DNA of 64,000 bases from the NCBI GenBank assembly GCA_051362555.1, contig CM120645.1:3162001-3226000 (forward strand). The letters run 5' to 3'. Both the position numbers and the translations under genes were made by a program. Within the stretch, counting starts at the first letter, position 1, and the number at the start of each line of letters is the position of its first letter. The notes below the pieces were generated by a model. It ran no database searches and had not been told where the DNA came from. It was given only the letters and a program-made list of their open reading frames with translations. Positions 52,101 to 61,100 of the stretch are shown here, in pieces. Source of the stretch: Lingula anatina. Its lineage: Eukaryota; Animalia; Brachiopoda.

Positions 52101-55100
52101 AGACTATATGTATATGTAAACATCTGTATATGTGAGCTCTCCCTCTACAGTTACTATGGATGTGGCGACTCCCAGTTTTAATCCCCATTGAAGGATATAC
52201 TAGGTTTTGAACAAATGAATTAATTGAAAGATATGGAATAGCTTAGTGAGAGATTAGGCCACAACTGGTAGTGATATTAATTAAGGTGTTAGGTAAGACA
52301 GATTCTGATAACTATTTACTAAAGGTGAGTTGCAGAGGAATGTTAGCACAGTTACCAATAAGTAAGGCCAAAGTAAATTAATGCAAAGTTTAATGGTACT
52401 GGTACCTTTTGATAAATTAACTTAAACCACATATGTTTTACTGAAGATCAAAATGCCTTTCAATGAAAAAAACATATTAAATAAAAGTTTCTGTAAGAAA
52501 TTAATTTACAGTTCCAAAGTATATAAAAATATAGGAAAAGGGTCTCAATGTCAACATCCACATTTCACCTTCACCTTGGTTTGAATTGACCTTCACCCTT
52601 TGCTGTGGCCTTCACCTTTAAGTATGACCCTAGTCTTTGCTGTAATTTTTTAAATATTGTTATTTATATTTGCCCCAATATATCTTAGATACTGCCTTTA
52701 ACAGTACTTTTTGCATGCTATTCACCTTAAATTTATGAAATGATTCAAATGGAACATTTAGAAGCCCCTTTCCTGTTGAAATAAGCAATAAAATAAATCT
52801 TTTTTTATGAAGACCAGTTTACTGAAGGAGATTTGACATGTACTTGGTCTATGATCAGAGAGTATGTCTAGCAATTTAACAAACCAAAAGTAACACTGGG
52901 CCTTAAGTAAAAGGATGGCCGGTACCCCTTTACAGCTTTTACAGACAAGTCACATGTTCATCTTAACTGTAATGTATACCACAAAAATAGTGTTTCCTGT
53001 CATATGCTTGGGTAAGTTAAGAAACTAGGTAATGTTTAACCAAACATATGGTGCAAGTATGTAAAAACTTCCCATAACATGGCTAAGGACTGTTTAAGTC
53101 CCTTTTTCCTGGAAATGTCAAGTATTATATATGTATAACGTAATAGCTCTGATTTTGTAATATAATTCCTACGAGATGAACATTCATATTTGCAAAGGTT
53201 TTCTGTCCTGATAGAATCGCATGTTTTATAACAGTTTTTTAGCAATGTAAAAGGTATATTAGAGTGAAAGAAATTTTGATTTTATTATAGAAATAATTAA
53301 TCAATAATTAGATCATTAATTGCTTGATTTTGTTATATAGGAACTGCTCTGGTTCGTATTTAACTAATTATCTAAGCTCAGTAATTTTGTTGACAATTTT
53401 GTCATTAAAAAATTTTTTTTTTTAGACAAAATATTGCAAATATGACTTTGAATACTGCAAAATGTGCATGTGCTTTACAGGTAGCTTTCATTATAAGTCT
53501 AGACACCAGTGAAAAAAGCTTGTGATTAGCATCAACCTGTACTGCAGTTCATTAATGAAGGGCATCCTGTATTAAGTGAAGCAATGTGTTATAAGTGAAC
53601 TCTATCAATAAGAAACAGCAGAGAAACATTGATTAAGCACTTAAATAGAGGGCATTACCGAGTATATTGTTTAAGGTGATTGTGACTTCATTTTGCTGGT
53701 TACAGGAATGGTAAAACTGGTGTATATGTAGTTCTGAGCTTAAATGTAACTTATTGTGTTGTAAAATCAGTGGCCATTTTGCCCTCAAATGACCTGAATC
53801 CCATATTTCAGAAATTAAGATATCAAGAAAAATTAGTGTTCATGCTCAGTTAAGCATAAAACAAGGAATCAAGCTTAATATTCATCAGCAAATAAGTGTT
53901 GACTGTTTATCAGTATTTAAAAACTATGGTTCAGTCCCCTTGAGCACCCCCTTGGAATAGTCAAAAAAGATATTTTCAAAAGCAACTGGATTAACATCTG
54001 TAATAGTAAAATAAAATGTGCTAAAAGGCTGTTAAAGTTTTTAAGGATGGACATATTTCATGTTGCCTTGCTCAGCCATTACCAGAAAGTCACAATAGTT
54101 AATGTAATTTATGTACCAATGTTTCTAAAACAACAGCTGCTCACTTCAGTTATATCAGTCAGAGCCTTTTCTGATGTTGACACTGAAAAAAAAAACTGCA
54201 CAGGCTTTATTGCAGTGAACATATTCCCCATATGGTTAAAACATATAAACCAAAAGAATTTCAAAAGTCATAAGTATGCAAGAAGTAAGTAATTGTAAGC
54301 GTTTTCATATAGGATTTAAACAACAGCAGCATTTTAATGACTTATTTTAATTCTGGCATGTGATTATGTTACGAGTATGTTCCAACAAAAAATCTATACG
54401 CGTGTGCTTGAACTTTTTTGTAACTAAAAGTTCTTGACATATATGCAACAGGAAAAATTAGTTTATTATTTTACATGATTGTTTCCGTTTCCTTAGCAGG
54501 TTGAAAAAGTTTTTTGTCATTCAACTGGCAGATTGTTTATGTTTTATTTTTTGACTTCCTTCCCTTTTGCTTCATGTTCAAGTATATAAAGTAGTGACAT
54601 GTTGTGATAGGTTTGCAAGCAATATAAATTAGTGCTTAGTATGCAGTGCTATTATTAATTGCATTGCTTACAATGGCATAATATTGAAAGAACCAAGGGA
54701 ATCAACAGAAAAATGAGAAAAAGATGATCAGAAACCTCTTAGTGCAAAATATGTCTGAATGTAATGTGGTTAATAAATAAGGTTGTTCATCTTTTTCTCA
54801 TAATTTCACTATAACAGTCTTAATTGCTTATAGGCTCCATAGCAAAAATGTGTAAAATGTGCATAAATTTGCAGTTTAGTTCTGCAATTAATTTATTTTC
54901 ATACATACCAGATTACAATGTTTTCCCATTGAATTTAAAGTTTATAGACATTGACAAAACTAAAGGTGCATTTTTTTTCATTTACAGTGTTCCAAATCTT
55001 GTGCCCATGGCTCCAGAAGCAGATCTGTCGTCTGCACAGACCAAGATGGCAGCAGCCTCCCTGATTCTGCCTGTGAGGACCCCAAACCAAGGACAGTAAG

Positions 55101-58100
55101 AGGATGCAGAATGTCAAGATGTCCAAGGTGGCATGCCACCGACTGGAGCAATGTAAGTTGACATGCAGTTAAAACATAAACAGGGACAATTTCTTCTTAT
55201 TCTTTTTTTTTTTGACAAATTAAGCAAGTGCTGTGCTTGATGAATAACCATGAAATGGACTTCGATATGTCAAATATTAAAAAAATGTTCAAAATTCATT
55301 AAATGCAAAATAAAAACACATAAATAAAGAACATAGAAGTTTGGTATTGCATTAGTAGGCTTCATAATGGTGAGAGGTGGCAATGAACTACATAAAAACA
55401 ATGAGAACAACATGCTTGTGTACAGTAAATCGTGAAGTTTAAAAACCAGGATCAAAGTAAAACTTTTGCAGTATTTTTCTAGTGATTTATTTTCTATGTC
55501 TTATTTTATTTCGTTTTATTTTATTTAATACCACACATTTTAAATTGTAAGATCTGGCTGGCTGAAGTGTTCTAAAATACCAAATGAACTTTAACAATGT
55601 ACCGGGTATACTGCCAACCAAATTAGTTCTGCTGTGAATAATTGAAGGGGAGAGAATACAAGAAATTGGTTGTACTGTATGGCATGTGCAATCAAAACCA
55701 TTTACTTCCTCCCCATAAAGCCCAGACAAGAAGAGAAAGAGAAAATGCTTTCTGCAAATTATAGATGATCACAGAACAAGTGAGTTTGGTGCAGCCCGTG
55801 CTAGGCATGCGGTTTCAAAGCTCCAAGCCTCATTAGCTGAGTACAAAGCCTTGCATAGGATTCTTATATTGGTTGGACACTATACAGTGTTCCATGTGGT
55901 CACCAGTTTTCTGCCAAGTAGATGTTTTTCTTTAGGCTGATTCCAAATATGAAAAAAATTGGTTGGAATGGGATGTCAGGCAGTAAAAAGTTGCCCCCCC
56001 CCCCTTTTTTTTGTGACATTATTCCAGATGTGTTTATGATATGTCTCCTGTGCAAAAATATGACGCAAGTTGCTGTAGATGAATCTTTCAAACATAAAAA
56101 AGAGCAGCTTCATGAGTAATGGCACTTTAATCCCCCTCCCCTTTTTTCCAAAGCATTTACAATTAATAAGTGATAAAATGAATGTACGAAATTGATAAAA
56201 AATATTAATTATAGCGTATGGTTTATTCTACCATGTAAGCCAAGCTTTCTTCCAATTACATGAACCAATTATGATACATTCATACATTTTCTACGTCTGA
56301 TATTTCTTAATCCAATAAAAATACAATGCCACCCGCCTCCATTTCAAATATCACATTCAATTTTTTCTCTCATTCTTTTTGATACATCTGTGTTTTCAGC
56401 TGTGTTGTTGTTGTTGTTGTTTGGGAACAATTGCTAAGAGCTGTGAACATGTTTAAGACCTCTCGCAGTTTCTTGCTCCCTTCTGACGACTGTTTTAGAT
56501 TAAAGTGCATTTATGTTGCATGAGAAATGAGACGTTGATGAACACCAGATTCAGTTATAATTGTTATTCAGCTATCCTTTTTTTTTTTTCTTTATTCTTT
56601 TTTTACCACCCAAGGTGTTAGTGTAATGTAGCTAAATTATAAAACTGTGGCATTTGAGTTGGACTGGGTTATTGGAAAGCTTGAGGTTCAAAAACAAAGC
56701 ACCTAACATTTACATTGAATTTGTTTGAATTTGTTTTCAGAAATAAAAAAAGCAAAGAATTTTTTTTTTACAAAATACCAGTAGATAATATGAAAGTCAT
56801 GATAACAGTCCAAGAGTTTTTATGCTTGGAAACACTTAAAAACAGTTAACATGTAAAAACATCATTTGCACTTGGTCTTTTTATCAAGAAATGATTTTTT
56901 CTTAAATCCTCTCTATTAATAGTGTGACACAGCCTGTGGTAGCGGCCATCAGTATCGCAGCGTCGTCTGCCGAGCAGGCTTAAAGGTGATCAATCCAGAG
57001 CTTTGTAAGGGGCTCCAGAAACCAGACGCCAGGAAGACCTGTCAAGCAACTCCCTGTGAAGATTTTGATTGGAAAGTAGGAAGATGGTCTAGGGTGAGTG
57101 AAGTTAATTCTTAATTATTCAACTCCTCGTAAATTTTTAAAACATTGCTGTGATTTGTGTAAATGTGAAGATATATATTAGAGATTTATGATTGACATTT
57201 CTTTATTTTCTTTAACTTATTAAATTGGTCAGTTAAAGCTGTTTTGGTCCTTGATAATTCTAACTTGTTGAAATTTGTCAAGAAACCATATGTATGATGA
57301 AATGTGCTGAAAAAAATACTAAGTTAAAATACTTGAATGATATATGTGCTATAATGGAGCTATGACATGTTTTCTTCTTTCCCTTGCAGTGTTCTCATAG
57401 CTGCGGCATTGGAATCAAGAGAAGAGCCGTCAAGTGTGTTAACATAAAGACTGGAGCAGACGGCCCAGATCAGAATTGTGCTAAAAAGAAAAAGAAGCCT
57501 AGATCACAGCGAAGATGTGCGGAAGCTTTTTGTCCATATGCCTGGCACACTGGTGACTGGACTGAGGTAAGTGGAGGAAATTGTGTTTGTTGAGACTGAT
57601 TCTTGGTTGTTGAGACAGGAAATTGTGTTCGTATCAGCTGGATTGTGTTAAAGGCTGAAAACACCCAGAAACAGTTTGTAGCTGAGTAGAACAACAAATT
57701 ATTGATTTTAATTACATAAAGTCCTGCTGAGTTGTAATTTATAGATACATAATTCAAGATCATGTGATATTATATCATCTTCTGGTATTTGATATTTTAA
57801 TCTTTTTCCATCAGTGCTCAAGATCGTGTGATGAGGGCTTGCAGACGAGGACTGTGACCTGTCACGTTGTAACCCGTGAGGGGTGGATCCTACCTGGTGC
57901 CGTGCAGTCAGGGTGCGAGGACAAAGAGAAACCGAGAAGTGTGCAGTCGTGCAACCTTGGGGCATGCAGTGGACATTACTTCTGGAAACCAGAGAAATGG
58001 GGACCTGTAAGTATTATATGTTAGGAGCCTGCTCTTTTGAAAGGATCGAATTTGTAAATTGATTTGGCAGTCTTAGTTTTATGAGTTCAGAACTTAATTA

Positions 58101-61100
58101 AGTGCTATTAGTTTTGCTTCAGTATAACTATAATAGTCTAAAATATGAGTTCAGCTACAACATAGATAAGCTATTTGTTGAATGTTTACAATGTTAAACA
58201 GGTTTTTGTCATAAAAGTTTGTGAGATTTATATTTTCTGATCTGTTTACAAGAACTTGTGACTTTCTTTTTGGTCGATCTCGGCAATTAATGAAAAGATT
58301 TACAGCACACATGGTGACTGTATTAAAACAAAATTTTAATGTAGTTTTCCTATGATTAGTTTACAGAAAAAAAAAATGTTCCTGTTTACAAATTTAGAAG
58401 TTGCATTTTGACGTCCTATTATTTGTTTGTTGCTAGTGTTCTGCAGAGTGTGGGCGTGGTATAGCTAAGCGTAGGATGCAGTGTGTGGACACCAGGGGGC
58501 GACGTACTGCTAAGAGGAGATGTGATAAAAAATACAAACCAAAGAGAAAGAAATCATGTTATGAGAAACCTTGTAAGACCATTGGATTTTTAGATTGCTA
58601 TTCTAATTTTTGGATTTTTTATCCCCCCCTCCCCAATAAATAATTTGATAAAAATGAGTGATAGATTATAATGAAATTTGACTGTGTCTGAACTGATAGG
58701 TGTATAGAATGGGCAGTAAAGATGTCAGAAATTTGAGATCTATTTATGGCAGTATTTACTAAATTTGATCAAATTAATTTCATTGTCTAAAGCACATAAT
58801 TCTTATGTAATGAGTTGGGCTCATTTGATTAAAATGTATAATAATAGATAAAAATTACAGTATATACAAACAATTATATATGAAAAATTATAAATTAAAA
58901 TAAGGTTATATTTGAATAATTTTCAATGAATAATTATTAATAAGATACTGTATGTGAATAAGTGAGGTTTTTGAAGGTAATATCACAACATTCTTTTACA
59001 GGCTATGCAAAAACATGCAAAGAATTGAAGAAGCACACATCAGTGAGGAAAGATGATGAATATACTCTACTAGTACATGGGCAGCTATTGAGGGTAAGAC
59101 CCCATTCCCACAGATTTTAGATCGATCTATCCCTGTGGGGAGTCTCACTAGATTACTGTCAGCTTAGCCAGCTTAAGCGTCTGTCCCACCTACTAAAAGC
59201 TGTAAGGGGGTAATTAACTACTGTGCATGCTCGGCTGACATCAATTTAGCGTGAACCCCCAGGGAGTTAGGTCGATTTAGATGGATCGATCTAAATCTAT
59301 AGGAATGCACTCTTAAGACCAACTGAGCAGTATAAGTCTTGCATTGGGTTGGTGTCTGTACGTCTGGAAGCTTTTCTGTTTGGCCTTGCCACTTTGCTAC
59401 AGTAAATGAGTCTTTGATATTGATAAAACATGTTCTCTGTAGTTATATATGTGTGACTTAAAAGATATGAGTGCAGTGCATAAATTATTGCATCGTTAAT
59501 TAGAATGAATAATAAAGATGTGAGTAATGCATCTGCTTCATTTTAGAAAGAGCAGTTTTTAGCTGTAGATAAGGATTTATGTATTACATGTTATTTCATA
59601 TAATACTGCTGTTTATATTTGAATTCATATAGGTAATTTTAATTTGTGGTTTATATTTTTTTTAAATATTTTTTAGATATACTGCAAGGACATGAAAAAA
59701 TCAAATCCTAAAGAATATCTCACTCTTCCAAGTGGACCAACAGAAAACTTTGCTGAAATATATGATAAAAGGTTGGTACTCATTTAACATTTAAGTACAT
59801 ATTAGTTTGCTTTTAATGTCATTTTCTAAGGTTATGTATATATTGTAATTGTTTCATTTAAAAGATAAATTTTTAGATTGGTATATATATGTACTGTACT
59901 AGATAAATGAACAAGTAAAAGAGTAATATTGTACATTTTGACACATTTGAATTAATGTTATTATACAGACAACTTAGGGTATATTTACAGTGAAACTATC
60001 ATACTAGAATTTGAACAAACTTTGTGGGGACTCTCACTGATTGCAGTCAGATTAACAGCTAGGTTAACACTCCTCCTCTTGTTTCCAACATACTCGTATA
60101 TTCAACAGCTTTTCTGTATATTACTCAACACCAGTGGATGCATACAGGTAACTTTATTTATTGTACCACCAGTGTAAGACTGGCGGTACACATGGTTTTA
60201 GTCCCGACTCGTTTCATTTATTTATCTATTCATTATTTAAATTATTACAGACTGTTGCTCCCAGACACATGTCCGTACAATGGTACCAGGTATACGAGGT
60301 GCCACTGTTCTAGAGATGCTTACAGTCGGTCTGGATACACAGAGTTCAACAAAGTTCGACTGGATGTAGAGAGTTTTAAGATAATTGGTAAGTATATATT
60401 TCCAGATATTGATTGAACAGGTCCAGTAAGTGCTAGGCATAAATTGGAAAGGAGACTAATTTAGTTTCTCAATTATCTCGGGCTATAAATTCGACTCTAA
60501 ACGTAACTTTGTACAAACCATTTTTGTAATGTAAGGTATTAATTTAATATTATTAAATGGTTTTCAGGTGATGATTTCAGCTTCAGTCACAATAGTGGTG
60601 CTAACAGAATACCTCTAGGAACTGCCGGGGATTGCTATAGTTCGGTGGAATGTCCCCAGGTAACCAAGGGCTTAAATTTCATTTTACATTTTGAATCGCT
60701 GGCTGGCTAATCTTTCTAGGGCTTAAATCTAATTTAATACCCAGTGTTATATTTTGAATGACTGACTGGCTAATCTTTCGGAGGCATAAATGGCATTTAA
60801 TACAGTTTCACATTTTATATCAAGAACTGTCTAATTTTCATGGGCACATGAGTATAAATACTATATAATACCCAGTTTTACTTATTGTAACAGCTTAAAA
60901 TTATACAGCAGGGCCATTATCAGCAGCCCTTTAAGACATAAAATTATATTTGATTATATACAAGAGATGTAATGTTCTGTGTGGTGGTATTTTAGGGCCG
61001 TTTCCATATCAACCTGTCCGGCACAGGTCTCCGCATTTCTCCTCAAGCCGCCTGGAGCAGCCGAGGGTACAAAACAGTTCAGAGGATACAGAGACTACAG

